In this document: positions 63,862 to 64,000 of the stretch, one piece after another
Numbering within the stretch: position 1 is the stretch's first letter
Layout of the letters: each line of letters begins with the position of its first letter
Assembly: GCF_001949145.1 (NCBI RefSeq)
Contig: NW_019091356.1
Span: 4,384,934-4,448,933, forward strand
Direction of reading: 5' to 3'
Source: Acanthaster planci
Taxonomy: Eukaryota
DNA: 64,000 nt
The notes under the pieces: generated by a model
The model's input: only the letters and a program-made list of their open reading frames with translations
Told to the model about the DNA's origin: nothing
The model's database searches: none
Translations under genes and position numbers: made by a program

Positions 63862-64000
63862 GTCGTGTGTGTGAGTTGGACAGTCGTGTTTGTGAGTTTG
63901 AACGTCGTGTCTGTGAGTTTGAACTTCGTGTCTGTGAGTTTGAACGTCGTGTGAAATGGAAAGTCGTGTTTGTGAGTTGGAAATTTGTGTTTGTGAGTTT
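63862..64000 (+). repeat. ~21-bp minisatellite (GTCGTGTYTGTGAGTTTGAAC)n, runs off the window end
   Basis: About 6-7 imperfect tandem copies. Confidence 0.85.

Overview
Eukaryotic (metazoan, probably marine invertebrate) draft-assembly DNA with GT-AG introns and two N gaps (14612-15424, 62017-62600). I rebuilt six spliced protein-coding genes by hand from splice sites and reading-frame continuity. (1) LRRFIP2-like coiled-coil protein (+, 4816-19535). (2) Aldo-keto reductase (-, 24482-29604). (3) All-trans-retinol 13,14-reductase RETSAT (-, 30806-36027). (4) Divergent TRPC-like channel (-, ~38471-46065). (5) Small Myb/SANT-like (MSANTD/Harbinger-Myb-type) gene (-, 47711-50180) that the ORF track misses. 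(6) RNA polymerase I second-largest subunit POLR1B (+, 50670-61723), head-to-head with gene 5. Introns and intergenic DNA are dense with MITEs, tiny palindromic insertions with target-site duplications, tRNA-derived SINE remnants and minisatellites. The most interesting observations are: the Myb/SANT gene sharing a <0.5 kb promoter with POLR1B; a TRPC with Asp at the selectivity-filter Gly and no Zn-binding motif; 31-84 bp palindromic micro-elements with intact TSDs; and an element built from two inverted tRNA-like units. All identifications come from motif recognition; no database search was run.
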